From Octopus sinensis (lineage: Eukaryota): a stretch of DNA of 64,000 nt. A program made the translations under genes and the position numbers. The stretch is from positions 68,882,001 to 68,946,000 of the forward strand of contig NC_042999.1 in the NCBI RefSeq assembly GCF_006345805.1. Direction: 5' to 3'. The notes beneath the pieces were generated by a model, which saw only the letters and a list, made by a program, of their open reading frames with translations, was not told the DNA's origin and did no database searches. Numbering within the stretch: position 1 is the stretch's first letter; each line of letters begins with the position of its first letter. This document shows, in pieces, positions 26,897 through 42,706 of the stretch.

Positions 26897-27063
26897 AGCC
26901 TAGAAGACGAGCCACGTCCTGGAAGATCAGTAGAGGTCTATGAGGACGCCCTGCAAACCCTGGTGGAATAAAATCCCATCGTAACTATTGAGGAACTAGC
27001 AGAGAAGCTTGGATTTGGTCATTAAACCATTCATCGGCACCTGCGTGCCATTGGAAAAGTCAG

Positions 27064-27066
<3 letters not shown>
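26897..27066 (+). pseudogene. Mariner transposase N-terminal (HTH) fragment, a different family from the full-length copies
   Basis: SLEDEPRPGRSVEV...NPIVTIEELAEKLGFGH*TIHRHLRAIGKVS. Confidence 0.75.
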
Positions 27067-27110
<44 letters not shown>

Positions 27111-27782
27111 GTACACAACCGCACCCATCCATGTATACACACACACACACACACGCATACACACAGTTTCCTCCCTATTAAATTCACTCATAAGGCATTG
27201 GTTGGCCTGTGGTTATGATAGAAGACACATGCCGAAGGGCTCACGTAGCGGGATTGAACCTCAAGCTACGTGATTGCAAAGAGAGCTTCTTAACCAAATA
27301 GTAATAAAGCTTTAGCAAAAAACTGCAGGCCACTTTCGTGGTAGTGAATTCATCAGGAATATGTAGAAACAACGGTGTTGCTTCCAGGACAACAACGAAG
27401 CGACTACAGAGGATCTGAACTCAATACAATGGGTTCTATATCAGGCCATCTCGCCTCTACAATTAGAGTTTGAAAAAGGGTTAAATATCATATTATGGTT
27501 TTATGAACCACAGGGGTTTGACAGCAGCGCATTATCGATTTCTGTAGTAAGCTCATTCGCTCTTTCTCACTTGTTTTTATCTTTCTCACATTTTTATTTC
27601 TCTCACTTCTCCTTTCCACCTCATTTCTCTGTATTCTCCCTCCCTCCCTCTCTCTCTCACTCTCTCTCTCTCTATCATGCTTTCTCTCCCTCGGTTTATT
27701 TCCGCCTCTCTCTTTATCTTTGTTTCTCTCTTTATCTCTAACTGTCTGCCTAATTGTATCTCTCTCTCTCTCTATCTATCTA

Positions 27783-27863
<81 letters not shown>

Positions 27864-29793
27864 GCGTAAATGGACATCTATCGAGACCTTTCGACATTGC
27901 ACGTTCGGTCCGTCAGGGATGACCCCTCTCGGCGCTTCTATACGTATTGACTCTTGAGCCACTACTGCGGAAGCTGGCGACTCTAAGGGGCATCCCGCGA
28001 GAATTGGGATGCGGGACGAGCGTGTCTGCATACGCGGACGACGTCACCGTCATAGTGTCAAGCCACGAGCACATCGAGCGGGTCGGCGAGACACTGAAAG
28101 ACTACGAAGCGGTGACAGGAGCAAAAATCAACCGGGAAAAGTCAGTGGGCTTGCGGCTCGGCACCTGGAGAAGCAAGCCCATGCCGTCCACCAGTACCTC
28201 CGTCGTGGGATGCTGGACAGACGGCCCGGTTGAGTTGCTCGGGGTCTGGTTCGGTCCGGACCTCCAAATGGAGAAGAACTGGAACGAGATAACGAGTAGG
28301 GTGGTCACTCTCGCCCAGCAATGGGCCGAGAGGAAACTGTCCCTAAAAGGTCGGGCGGAGGTGGTGAACGCGTACATCGCGTCCATCATCTACTACCGCC
28401 TGACCGTCGTACCTTGTCCCGACCCTACCATCACCAAACTAGAACGCATCCTCTTCCGCTTCTTGTGGAAAGGATGCGTCCCGATGGTCAGGCGATCCAT
28501 TTGCTGTCAACACCCGTTAAAAGGAGGGCTGGGCATGCCGTGGTTGATGATGCGCAGACACGCGCTGAGACTGCGACATCTCCGGCTCTATGTAGACGAC
28601 GGTGAACAGGTGTGGTCACCGTTTGTGAGGCACGCATTCCCGCAACTCGTCTCCATGACCGAACTACAGTCGTGGATCAAAAAGAGGTCGAGGAAGGGCG
28701 AATGGCACCGCGAGTGTCGCGTTGCTCTCAAGCAACTCTGCCGTCCCGGGTCGACCTTGAGTGACTTCAACACAACCAAAGCATTCTATAGGGGATTAGT
28801 GGAGGGGAGGTACGACGACGAGCTCGGGGCAAACCTGGGCGTCGACGAGGAATACCTGACCCGCCTGTTTCAAACGACTTTCGGCCCGGGACCTATGGAC
28901 AACTTCCAGAGATCCCTGGCCTGGCGGTGCTACCGAGAAGCGCTACCCGTTCGGGATAAGCTCTATAGGCATGGCTCGAGAAACACGGGGCCGACCTGCC
29001 CGAGATGCGGGCAGAGCGACGAAACCGCTCTGCACGCAATCGTGCAGTGTCCAGCAATTTCCCACCTGTGGGCTTATGTCGAACGACTGCTGTCACGTGT
29101 GGGACGTGTCGGTTTATCAGCCGAGTCTATCGTTAATATCGTCACGCCTCCTTCCTTCAAACGGGAAGGAAGAGCTATTTTTATCATACTTGTGGCTATG
29201 GCGAAAGAATGTATCTGGTGGACGCGCCTGAAAGGATTAGAGACAAACACTTTCCTCTCTGGTCAATCTCTCATCAACTTCTTCAAGTATCACTTGAAGA
29301 GGAAAGTGAGAGTAGAGAGGCAAGTTTTGTCTAGTGAATGTTTTAAAAAAAAGATGGGTGAATGTAGCAAGGATGGCACGTATGAATGACGAAGCCACCT
29401 TGACTATGATTCTATGAACCGTAAAAATTAATACAGAGAGTTGCTTATTTGCAAAAAAAAAAAAAAGAAATATAACATGTGACTTCATTGACCGAGGTTA
29501 CCGTGGTCTTTTCCGTAGGCTTTTCTTTCCACGGGTAAACCTCACCTGTTCTCCCCTTTACACTTCATATTGACATTTCTGTGATAACGATCCCTATTGA
29601 TCAATTTTTTTGCTCTCCCCCCACCTTTTTTAAAATTTTTTTATTAACCCCTCCCTTTTTTTTGTCCTCTTTCTTTCCTTTTACGATCCCTTTTGATCGA
29701 AAACCACCACTCCCTTTTTTTTACCCCCAAAAGAAAAGCTCTACCTTGTAATTTGTTCTATGTGTGCAGCCCTGTGTGGCTAATAAAGAAACA
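27864..29793 (+). mobile_element. 5'-truncated Tx1/L1-clade LINE (RT C-terminal half, zinc knuckle, 3' UTR)
   Basis: VRQG*PLS, YADDVTV, GGLGMP, CPRC...ETALHAIVQCP in a 480-aa frame; 3' UTR ends AATAAAGAAACA; flanked by (TATC)n on both sides. Confidence 0.92.
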
Positions 29794-29910
<117 letters not shown>

Positions 29911-29915
29911 GCCTG

Positions 29916-29950
<35 letters not shown>

Positions 29951-32293
29951 CAAGAGACGGGATCACCTTCTTCCCGCCCAAACAGCCTCTTTTTGCACTG
30001 GGCGGTTTTGCTTCCTTGTCGTTGTTAAACCGATAGGAAGCACCAGACTAAGTGCATTTCTGTCCCCCATCCCTTATACGAAGGCAGTCTGCCTGCCCAT
30101 GTTAAAGAACATACCAGTTTAGTGACGTTTGACTTTTATAGTCAAATGATATGACGCTAAAGGAGTGGGAGAGATAATTTTTTTTCAGCTCTACAGTAAC
30201 TAGGTACTTTAACTGCCAACTAGTAATAAATATAAGAAAAGCAGAGAGAGATTAAACAAGCATATTTCAATGGCCACATAATTTTAAACGGCCATTTTCT
30301 CATTAAAAGAAAAAATACTGTTTTCTCTCACCATTTTTTTTAATTGAAGTTAATCTGTACACTGAAATTTTTATGACTGAAAAAAAGAGAACCAACATTA
30401 TTCTGAAATATTTTTTTTAAACATTTTTTTTATTAAATTTATTTTATGTCTTGTTTGGAAAATTTTTCGATTAATTAATAAAAAAAATTATTTTACTTCA
30501 CGCTTTTTTTCAAACACATTTTTTTCGGCCTCTCTATTTAAGTCTTCCGCTCGTTAAAGAAACCCCCCAGTTCGTAGTATTTTTCGCTTTCGATCAGAGG
30601 CTATTATGATTCTAACACCTTTGTTAGTTTTGTTTTGTCTGTTAATTTTCTTTTGATGGTGTGGATGGGAGTGATTCATTTAAACTTGATTCATTCTTCC
30701 ACCCTGGGACAATATTTTTTTTATCGCAAATTTGACATGTCAATAAACTGATTACTTGTATTTTTACAATTTTAATAATTTTTATATAGTTTTTGTTTTG
30801 GGGTTGCCACGGAAATTTCTGCAGATGAAACAGCTACCATCTTTTGTTTTCAGTGACCTTCTAAAATGTTCCAGTTACAACGAAAATGTTTTAATAGAAG
30901 AGAAAAAACCCCAAACAAACAAGAAGAAAAAACATATGAGAGATAAACGGAGCTAATAAAAACGAATAATTTTACCAATTAGTCCCAGCTTAGTAGATTA
31001 ACGAAAACACACACAATAGTCTTACTAATGTGAGTGTTTTTTTTTAAAGACCATTAAAGTTTCTTCGATAAGCGAGTAACTGGAGAGCTACAAGTAAGCT
31101 CGTGGTGAAATGAGATCGCGAATAGGTTTCAATTCTTACTTGCTGTTATTTCAATTCCATTTATGTCACAAATACACGTGAGGAAGAAGTTATGATCGTC
31201 ATGATCCCTCGTCTCACCGAGACGAGGGAAATTCTATGCTAAAATAAAGCATAGGTAACATGGTGGTAGGGATAGGAGAACGATGACGAGACGATGATGA
31301 TGTTATTGTCGTGGGTATTGATGGTGACTATGATAATGGTAGTGTGGGTGCTGCTGCTGATTTTGCTAACGATAATGATGATGATTAGGATGATGGTGAC
31401 TGACGATGATGTCACCGAACAATATATTCCCATTCATCCTTTGACGTGGTTGGACAACAAACTCAAACAGTCGGGATACATAGAACGGGTTATACTATTC
31501 ATCCTTTCGATCGCTGAATACAAAACGTGGGTCGCCAGACCTCCGTTCGGGTGATTTTTCTGAATCACACGATCTTAAACGTGTGCGGCCAATCCATTCC
31601 AAAGTTACCCATTTGTAGCTGAGTGAACTGGATCAACATAAAATGAAGTGTTTTGCTGAAAAACATAACGCACAGCCTATCTGAGAATCGAAACCACGAT
31701 CTCGGGTTCGTGAGATCAAGACTCTAACCACTAGGCCACGAAACTTCACACAGTATATAGTCACAAAGGAACGAAAACATTAACCACTTTAAAAATAAGT
31801 TTGATACAAGATGGACCAAGAATCAAACGGTGCTTCCCCATGTTGTACTACGTAAAACAAAATCCCATATAGAGATACACAATCTTGAAGAATATTAAAA
31901 TCATTTTATTTCGCGATGAATAAGTTTTGCGTTTCAGGAAGTGCTATTCATCAGAAAAGGAGTGACAGGTTTACCGGATACGCCAATTGTTACTACTTCA
32001 TATTTTTAATTATATATAATGAAACCACACATTTTCGGGTGTGAGCACAGGGTCGTTTACGTTGATCCCCTAAAACATAGCCACTTTGTTAAGAAGCTAG
32101 CTTCAGAAGCATTTGGTTCTAAGTTTGATTTCACTGTACAACACTGAGAGCAAAGAAGTTTCTTCAACCATAATCTCGGGACGCGCCGAAGCTTTGTGAA
32201 ATTAGATCGATGAAAACGGTGTGGAAGCGTTTCGGACTGTGCTTCATATGTGAGACACTTAATTCATCGGTTCAATGTCTATATATATACACA

Positions 32294-32414
<121 letters not shown>

Positions 32415-32589
32415 AAATACATGCATATATTTATAGCTTTCTGTAATGTTTATGTGTCGACTGGTATTAATTTTTTAAAGACAATGATTCCATAGTTAAC
32501 GATATATATTAACTATGGAATCATTGTCTTTAAAAATTAATACCAGTCGACACATAAACATTACAGAAAGCTATAAATATATGCATGTA

Positions 32590-32646
<57 letters not shown>

Positions 32647-33259
32647 CTATATAGTTTCCTGATTTCTTGACGAGCGGTTGTTGGTGATGTTGTTATAAGT
32701 TCTTAATAAATGTTAATGATAGCATGGGAGTTAACAAATGATTATCATTGACCACAACAGAGAAGATAATAAGTGGAATGTTCATTCTCTTCCATTAATT
32801 GTAATAGCTAATATTAACGCAACTTTGAAATATGAAGCTGGTCATATATATGTTGTGTTATTTCGAATACTCATGATTTGATCTTCAAGGTACTTTAGTT
32901 ATTTTTGCATGCGTTTTCGAACTTGTTTTCTTCAAAGACGGGGTTTCATATTTCAAAGAAAATCGCTCTCAAGTCAGAATTAGGAACAATTCAGAAATTA
33001 GAAATACATCAAAAAGAAATGATTTTAAAGACAGAAACATCAATTTTCTCAAGCAATGAAAAACAATCAAAGGAATACATTTGAATCTCGTCCAAGGAAC
33101 ACTGATTGAGGAAGTCCATTTAATAATCTTAGACAACAAAATTGCATTTCAAACTACACTAATGGAGTTACAAATACTGATATTTCAAACCAACGAAATT
33201 ACAGTAACTGATTTTTTTCATGCCCTGCCCAGAAGAACAGAGATATACGTTGGAAAAAA

Positions 33260-33515
33260 CCAAAAGTAATACATTTATCAAAGAAACCGTTAACAATACA
33301 AAAAAATCGATATACTAGCAAAACAACAAAATCACTAAGAAAGTTCAGGAACTCTTTTTTAGCACTGTAGAGACGCTTTCGGAAATTAAATGGATTTAAA
33401 ACTTTACGTAGTATTCAATACAGAATGGAATTCAGCCAAGACAATCAGCACTTTTTAGATATTTTAGATATGAAAGTCTACAACCAATTCGGAATAGGGA
33501 TATATTATAGATCTA
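33260..33515 (+). pseudogene. Possible Penelope-like element ORF relic
   Basis: Manual translation PKVIHLSKKPLTIQ..IDILAK and RRFRKL resembles the PLE N-terminal motif; IQYRMEFSQDNQHFLDI resembles a late RT motif, but the two are too close for an intact element. Confidence 0.35.
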
Positions 33516-33899
33516 TAAACTTGAATGGAGGTTTGTGGCCCAGTGGTTAAACTGTTGCACTAGGATCGTAAAGTCGTAGTTTCGATTCCTGATCCAGGCG
33601 ATGCGTTGTGTTCTTGAACAAAACATTTGGTTTCATGTTGCTGCAGTCCATTCAGCTTTGAGTGAGTTTCAGTAATAACTGGGAAGTTGACCTTTCGATG
33701 GACTAGCGTCATATCCAAGGAAAGATGTTGCAATCCCTATCACTTATGTGCCATGGAAACCGGGTTAATACTCGTCGTTATGAATCATAGGACTCAAGAC
33801 AGACCTGCGTCTATAAACTTCTTGGAGTAATAACTGTTATATGCCTCGTCTAACTCGAAACACACTAGAATAATGTTCCTTTTAATTTCGTTCCAAATT

Positions 33900-34740
33900 T
33901 TAGCACAAGGTCAATAATTTCACGGCGGGGTTAAGACGGTTACATTGACCTCAGTGATAAACTGGTACTTATTTTATTGACCCCGAAATGAAGGACAAAA
34001 CCGACCTCAGTTGAATTTGAATTCAGAGCATAAAGACGGACGAAATGTCGCTGAGCATTTTGTCCGGTATAGTGACGATTCTACTAGCTCGCCGTCTTAA
34101 ATGTTCCTTTTAGTTTAACCAAAAGAATATGCACGGGTATGTTCGACATAAATATCTGCGATATACGACTTGATCTTAAAGATATATTCGTCAACAGGCA
34201 TTATCCATCATCCTCAATAGATGATCGCTGACAACGATGTCCAGACAGTGATGTCCAGACAGTAAGACAAATAAGCATAGCAACACGCCTGAATTGAAAA
34301 AAAATATTGCCAAATGTCTTAACTTACGATCATAGAAACAACGAAGCCTATGATATTGGTTTCAAATGTTGGCACAATGCTCAACTGGTACTGATTTTGT
34401 CGAAACCCTAAAAGGATGCAAAACAAAGTCAATCCCGCCGGCATTTGAACTCAGAACGTAAAGGCGGAATAAATGCCGCTAAGCAATTTTTCAGGACGGT
34501 AACTTTTCTGCCAGTTCGCCATCGTAACAAAGCCTATAATATTGCTTTCAATGTTTGGTCTAAGGCCAGCAATTTCGAGTGAGCGGGTAAGTCGACTACA
34601 TCGACCGCAGTGCTCAACCGGAACTTATTTTATAGAAACCAAAAGGATGCTGACCCCGGAAGAATTTGGATTCAGAACGTAATGGCGTAATAAAGGCTGC
34701 TCAGCATTTTGTTCGGGGCAGTAATGTTTTACCAGTTCGT
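33900..34740 (-). mobile_element. Three consecutive degenerate family-B SINE copies
   Basis: Repeated ACTGGTACTTATTTTAT(C)GACCCCGAAAGGATG...GAATTTGAACTCAGAACGTAA motifs at ~33960, ~34385 and ~34615. Confidence 0.7.
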
Positions 34741-35292
34741 CACTACAACGAAACCTATGATATTTTCAGAATGTGCCGATGTTGAAACAAGGATGCAAAA
34801 ACGAATCGCATTCTACAATTACATACAATTATAAAACGTAAAAGATAACCAGCATCTTTAAAGACAATATTAACAGATGCTGAATTATATTCAGCAACAA
34901 CGGAACCAACGGTCAAATAATATGAGTGGCCCAGATGTCTTAACTTACTCGATGTTTTGACTTACGCGATTGGTGGCCCACACTTGTCTTCATTTACACG
35001 ATGGTTCAGGATTCCATTTTAATACACATTTAATTAGATTAGATTAAATCTTTATCGTTAATCTTTTACTTGTTTTAGTCATTGGACGGCGGCCATTCTG
35101 GGGCAACACCTTGAAACGTCCATCGAAATAATCACCCCTAGTACTTAATTTTTTAAAGCTTGGTATTTCATCTATGAGAATCTTTTGCCGAACCACTAAA
35201 TCACAGAGATGTAAACGAACCAACACCGGTTGTCACGCGGTACTGGGGATACAAACATATGAACAAAGATACATATGAACAAAACACACACA

Positions 35293-35325
<33 letters not shown>

Positions 35326-35327
35326 CA

Positions 35328-35369
<42 letters not shown>

Positions 35370-35499
35370 CGGGGTTCATTCTGCATTAAATTTAGTCAGA
35401 AGGATTTCAGAGCATTTTCTTATCTAATCTCCCTCTAACTTATCCTGAAGTGTTCTGATTATTATTCAATTCATACATACATAAATACATACATTGCTT

Positions 35500-36095
35500 T
35501 AACCAATTCCTCCAGGACCATTGTGAGTCGAACAAATTGTGACTGAAGAACAGGCCGGTGGAAAGAAGGGAGTTTGGAGATGTGCCGAACAGCTTTTAAT
35601 AAACGAAGCTATATTATCTGAAGTAAGAAAACAGCGTAGAAACCGTGTAACAATATGGCTTGACTATAAGAAGGCATTCGACTCTATCCCTCATTCATGG
35701 CTGTTGAAGTGCTTACACCTGGCAAAGGTACCTACTACCTTAATTGCTGCTATAGAGAGACTCACAAAGACATGGACAACAGTTCTCACCCTTCGAACTG
35801 AGAACAGAATAATTGTTTCAGATAGTATAAGCGTCTCGAAGGGAATATTCCAGGGATATAGCCTTACCGTAATTCTTTTCATTTTGGCACTGAATTTATT
35901 ATCGTTTCTACTGCAGAAAACAAGTGGTTACATGCTGGGCCCTTCAACTGTTAGCAATATCAATGTAACTCATTTCTTTGTAGTCGAACGCAAAATTTAT
36001 GATAAAAGTGGTAATAATGCCCCCCAAAAAAACAACTGGAATTCATAACAACGTTTTCAGCTGATATAGGCATGGAATTTGGCCACAGGAAATGT
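35500..36095 (+). pseudogene. R4-clade reverse transcriptase fragment
   Basis: EEQAGGKKGVWRC.EQLLIN, WLDYKKAFDSIPHSW, KGIFQG.SL..ILF.LALN.LS. Confidence 0.85.
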
Positions 36096-36273
36096 TCATA
36101 TTTGGTTGTAGAACGAGAAAAGTCAGTCCCCCGAACTCAAAACCTGATGCCCACGGATACTACGGACTACTCTATAATCCCCCCAGTAATATTAAGAAAC
36201 ATGTGATTTGTGGAAACGCGCGTAACGATGCATTAAATATACATAAATTGCATCAAAGGATTATTGTTATTCT

Positions 36274-36306
<33 letters not shown>

Positions 36307-37045
36307 ACTATAAATAAATAAGTATATATATGTATATATATATATGTATGAAAGTATATATATATATGTGTGTAATTATATATATCTATATACACATATA
36401 TGTGTATATACACACATATATGCGTATATACATGCATATACAGGTGTGTGTATGCATTTATATATGTATATTTGTATTTTTGTATGTATGCACACACACA
36501 CATATATATATATACATCCATACATACACGTATCTATACTAACAATACATTCAAATTCTCTGTGTGTGTCTCTCACCCTTTTAGAAATTTATTGTGGTAG
36601 GGGAATGTTTAGCCCAAAACTGAAGGTATGTGCGGTGAATGTAATTGGATACTCCGAGCAAATGTAAACAAATATATACATGTGTGTGTGTGTGTGTGTA
36701 CGTATGTGTGAGTGTGTGGATTCTAGCACAAGAGTTGTCTATACACGTGTTTGTGATATTTTTAGTACGCGTAGATACATGAGAGTTGATACCTAAGCGG
36801 AGCTCGATTTCAGTCGTGATAATGCTAATCTTTTCAAGGGGGTCTTTTGTACATCGAACAATGTGTTGAAGTAACCACCTACACATATACACGTACACAC
36901 GCGTACACACATGGAGAGAAATACATACACGCATACACACACGCATGTATATTTATATTCGTATTCTCATACGAATGCATGCACACAGCTACACATCTAT
37001 TCCTTTCTGAGTTTTTGTATGTTTATGTATGTATGTATGTATCTA

Positions 37046-37145
<100 letters not shown>

Positions 37146-37272
37146 CGTGTGTTTAAATATACATACACATGCATGTATGCATATGTATATGTGTGCACGT
37201 ATGTATATATGTATATATGTGAACTCTCCCCCTATATATGTATATATGTATGTATAATATATATATATATGC

Positions 37273-37336
<64 letters not shown>

Positions 37337-37523
37337 TAATACATATATAGGGGGAGAGTTCACATATATACATATATACATACGTGCACACATATACATA
37401 TGCATACATGCATGTGTATGTATATTTAAACACACGGGTAGAAACTCCTGGTTCATGTGTAGAAATTTGTGTTGTATATGAATAAATGAAAGAATGGAGT
37501 CGAACGAAGATGTTAACAAAATT

Positions 37524-37616
37524 CCTTTACTCTCGACACATGTTTCGAAGACAGCATGTTTTCATTCCAAAGGAATAAAGGGTGCATTATGCAATCTTCT
37601 CATCAGGAAAGAAAGG
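37524..37616 (-). ncRNA. Type I hammerhead ribozyme (predicted), branched stem II family
   Basis: Minus strand CCTTTCTTTC-CTGATGA-GAAGAT...GTCTTC-GAAAC-ATGT-GTC-GAGAGTAAAGG. Confidence 0.8.
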
Positions 37617-37794
37617 GAGCCTCTCTCGACAACAAGACAAACAAAATTTTCGATAATTGCCTACATGGTAAACAATGATGAGGGACAAACACAGACACAC
37701 GAATATATCCACACATACATACATACATACATACATACATACATACATACATACATACATACATACATACATGCATACATGCATACATGCATTC

Positions 37795-37837
<43 letters not shown>

Positions 37838-38208
37838 CACATATACATATGGTGGAGGTGCAATGGCCCAGTGGTTAGGGCAGCGGACTCGCGGTCGTAG
37901 GATCTCGGCTTCGATTTCCAGACCGGGCGTTGTGAGTATTTATTGAGCTAAAACACCTAAAGCTCCCCGAGGCTCCAGCAGGGGGTGGTGGCGATCCCTG
38001 TTGTACTCTTTCGCCACAACTTACTCCCACTCTTTCTTCTGTTGGCCTGGTCAGTCACGTTGATCACGTTGATATATATATATATATATATATATACACG
38101 AAAGGCTCCTTTCCGTTTCCGTCTATCAATTTGGGGACCCGGAACCATGTGGTTGGTAAGCAAGCTACTTACCATATAGCCACTCTTGCGCCTATATATA
38201 TATATAAT

Positions 38209-38240
<32 letters not shown>

Positions 38241-38245
38241 ATATA

Positions 38246-38280
<35 letters not shown>

Positions 38281-39479
38281 CCATACATACATACCACATA
38301 CATACACACAAACACATAGATTATCTTATTGAAATTGAACAACTAAAGCGCTTACAAAACACGATACGAAGACTTCATTCCAGAAGCTCGTGTAATGTAG
38401 TATGTATGTATGTATGTATGTATGTATGTATGTATGTATGTATGTATATATGTATGTATGTTATATGTAATGTATGTATGTATGTATGTATGTATGTATG
38501 TATGTATGTATGCATGCATGTATGTATGTATGTATGTATGTATGTATGTATGTATGTATGTATGCAAGTTTGTATATCTTCGAACGTATATCAATGCTGT
38601 CGTACATTCGTACTTATACGTTCTAAAGTATGAAAAAGTGGGAGAGGAAGGGAAAAAAATGAAGAGAAAAAGAGAACTAGAGAGACACGGAAACACACAT
38701 ATATATATAGAGAGAGGAGGGGTTGAGAGAGGGAGGAGAGAGAGAAAGTGAAAGAAAGAAATTGGGCGGAAAAGAAGAAGGAGGAAGCCAAAAACAAATA
38801 AAGAAATATAGGGTTTGCAACAAAGAAAAACAAACAGAAAAAGTGCTGTAAAAACGGATTAAACGAGAGAAAGTTTAAAAGAAAGGGAAGTCGTGTGTTG
38901 AAGAGAGAATGATAAGGAGTAAACCTCATTCTCCTTAAAACTTCTACTTAAAAATCACAATGGAAGGGAGTTAGCAAAACAACAATAACAACGGATGCTT
39001 ATCTGAACAGCTAAAGCCAAGCTTCGTGGTTAATGAAAAACTTAACCATAATCCAATTAAATATATTTTTTATCTTTATGTTTATGTTTTTGCCAGATAT
39101 TTCTCTGCTTTTAAATTTGAAATTGAACCTACTTTAAGGTGTTAATCATACTTAGTGCCCACCCAGGGAAGTTCATTCTTATTGAGTCTGAATTCTACGA
39201 CAGATATATATATATAATATATATATAAATGTATTACTCTTTTCCTCTTTTACTCCCTTTTCTCTGTCATTTGAATGCGGCCATGCTGGAGCACCGCCTT
39301 TAGTCGAACAAATCGACCGCAGGACTTATTCTTTGTAAGCCAAGTACTTATTCAATCGGTCACATTTTGCCGAACCACTAGCTACGGGGACGTAAACACA
39401 CCAGTATCGGTTGTCAAGCGATTGTAGGATGACAGACACAGACATGCAAAATACATATACATACATACATATATATATG

Positions 39480-39544
<65 letters not shown>

Positions 39545-40019
39545 TCTTGCCAGGTGAGCAAGCCACTTACCACATAGCTACTCCTGCGCGTATATTGTAA
39601 TATTTTATCTTTTACTTGTTTCAGTCATTAGATTGCGTCCAATCTAATTTAGTCGAGTTTAGTCGAGCAAATGACCTCAGTGTTTATTTCTAATGTCTGG
39701 TACTTAAATCGTTTTCTTTTGAAGAACTGCTTGGTCATGGGTTCGTAAAGAACCAACAACGTTTGTCAAGCAATGGTGGGGGCAAGCACATGCACAAAGA
39801 CACACACTCATACATATATATTATATATATAGTATATATATATATATATATATACAACGGGCTTCTTTCAGTTTCCGTTTACCAAATTCACTCACAGGCT
39901 TAGGTCAGCCCGGAGTTATAGTAGAAGATACTTACCGAAGGTGTCACGCAGTGGGTCTGAACTCGGAACCATGTGGTTGGGAAGCAAGCTTCTTATCATA
40001 CAGCGACCCCTGCGTCTAC

Positions 40020-40066
<47 letters not shown>

Positions 40067-41459
40067 CACACACACACACACACAACACACATACATATTG
40101 ATGTGAAGGTGCGTGGCCTAGTGGTTAGGGTGATGCACTCACAATCGCTAGATCATGGGTTCGATTCCAGGACCTGGCTGCTCATTGTGTTCTTGAGCAA
40201 ACACGTCATTTTCAGCTGTAAATTGGTAATCCTGTGACAGAATAGCCTTCCTACCAGGGAGAATGTTGGCCTACTCGTCTAGCCATCGTGGTGGTGTCAT
40301 TCGAAAGCTAAAACAATGCGCATTGTGACCAGCGATGTATAAGAACATCCGCTACTTCGTTCGATACAGTTATATAGATATATGCACACACATACACACG
40401 TATGTATATATATGTATGTTGAGATCTATCTATCTATATATACCAAATTAAAAAAAAGGTGGCTTATTAGCAATTAGCACCTAAAGGCAAACTTAGTACA
40501 GGTTATAAAAGTGAGAGAGGGTACTAACTAGCACCGCTTTTGCTAAAGATAAGAGTTAAACTAACTCGTCAGTCATTAAGACAGTGATTTTGTGCTATTT
40601 GAGTTAGTTTAACTGTTATCTTTAGCAAAAGCGGTACTCTCTGTCATTTTTGTGACCTCTATTAATAAGCGCATGAGTGGCAGTGTGGTAAGAAACTTGC
40701 TTCCTAACCGCATGGTTCCGGGTTCAGTCCCTTGCGTGGCATCTTGGGCAAGTGTTTTCTACTATAGCCTCGGGCCGATCAAAGCTTTGTGAGTGGATTT
40801 GTTTGACGGAAACTGAAAGAAGCCCGTCGTATATATGTATATATGTATATATATATATATATATATATTAATGATTAGGTGGTTTCTATAAAGACTGTTC
40901 AGGGCATTTACTTATGGAATACTGAAAAGATAAACATGCTATCTATATATTAATGTTAAGCCAAGAATCAGAAAAAAATAAAGATGTGTTCACACACACA
41001 TCTTTATATATGTGCTCTGTTGAAATATTTGAGGACGTAAACACATCAACATTTGTTGTCAAGCGATGGTGGGGGACAAAAATAGACACAACAAACAAAC
41101 TCACATAAATACATACATATATATACACGAGCAAAACGCCCCACGTCCAATGGTCGATGCTGAGATGTCAAACATTTAAACCGTATTTTCTCAAAACAAC
41201 TTGTCCGACCGTCCCATTTTGTGGCATTATTTCAAGCCAGCCGGCTGTTTTTGCGCAAACTGCACGTGCATTTTTCTCGCGTACGCGTCGTATCGATAGC
41301 AACAGCTGATGTACTTGCGTGTACAAATGCACGTCCCCACGGCTTTATCGATTGCATTCTCTCCTGGAATCGATTTTGTAATTTTTTCAAGACTTATACA
41401 CGCCCTGATACCGTCGGTATCTACATATCAAATTTGGGCGCAATCGGATGGAGGATTTC

Positions 41460-41498
<39 letters not shown>

Positions 41499-41535
41499 AT
41501 ATACATACATACATACATACACATACATACATACA

Positions 41536-41571
<36 letters not shown>

Positions 41572-42671
41572 TACGACAGGTTTCTTTCAGTTTCTGTCTA
41601 GCAAATCCACACACAAGGCTTTGGTTGGTCCAAGGCAATAGTAGAAAAGCTTTGCTAAGGGTGTCACACTGTGGGACTGAACCCCGGATCATGTAGTAGG
41701 GAAACAATCTTCTTGCTACACAGCCACGCCTATCCCCTGTTAGAACCACATTGTCTAAAATGTCTTGCTAAACACGGTAGGATCTGATCTGAAAGTGATT
41801 TGGTTGCTATTTCAAGCAGATTTCGCAACCATATAAAATATCTCTCCGGAATTGTTAGCCAAATGATCAAATCGATTGAATGAATTCCACCCAATCTTAT
41901 CATGTCTGAGAATACTAGATCATTGGATTCGCTTCTGTTATGTTTCGGCAAATAAAAATTCCATTAGTGCCGCCTCTTTTTCTTGTAGCTGGTGCACGTT
42001 GATTAACAACACTCTCGCCTCCGCTGCCACCAGATACTGAAAGAAGACATTGCGATTGAATGATGTCAACAATACCCACTAAATGAATAAATACTGCGAT
42101 TTCTTTTAATTTGCTAGCTCACAGTATCCCGATTCCGTTTATATTTTTCAGTGCTTTAATCCTGTTTAATTATATATTAGATATTAATTCCGTATGCATT
42201 TACGATTCGCACATTCGCAAATACAGACACGTACATTCATACATAGACACAGAGACACGCAAGAACTGATATATGTACACAATGAATGTGTAGATGCTCA
42301 ATATATGATATATATATGCTTATATAAATAAATAGATACATACACACATGAATATGTGCGAATGTGTGTGTATGTGTGTGAGTTGTGTATCTCTGTGCAT
42401 ATATATATATAATATATATTAATATATATATATATATATATATGCATATATGAGTCCATTACATATATGTATGTCTCTGTATATATATAAATATATATAC
42501 CCACAATGCACACACAAACACACACATACACTTATCTGTTTATATATACGTATATGAACACTCAATCACACACACACACACACACACACAAACATGCACT
42601 GTTGCAGGTACATATACAGCAGACAATATGACAAAAACACGTGCACTTCCCCCACATATTCACATACACAT

Positions 42672-42706
<35 letters not shown>

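Noticed and set aside
27320-27360. Minus-strand CTGATGA...GAAAG
   Set aside because: No closed stem II and no valid NUH with stem I.
31206-31228. 10-bp perfect hairpin CCCTCGTCTC-acc-GAGACGAGGG
   Set aside because: No ribozyme core, terminator context or second copy; function unassignable.
31925-31960. Minus-strand CTGATGA-ATAGCACTTCCT-GAAAC
   Set aside because: Stem II and the cleavage triplet are absent; at most a heavily decayed relic.
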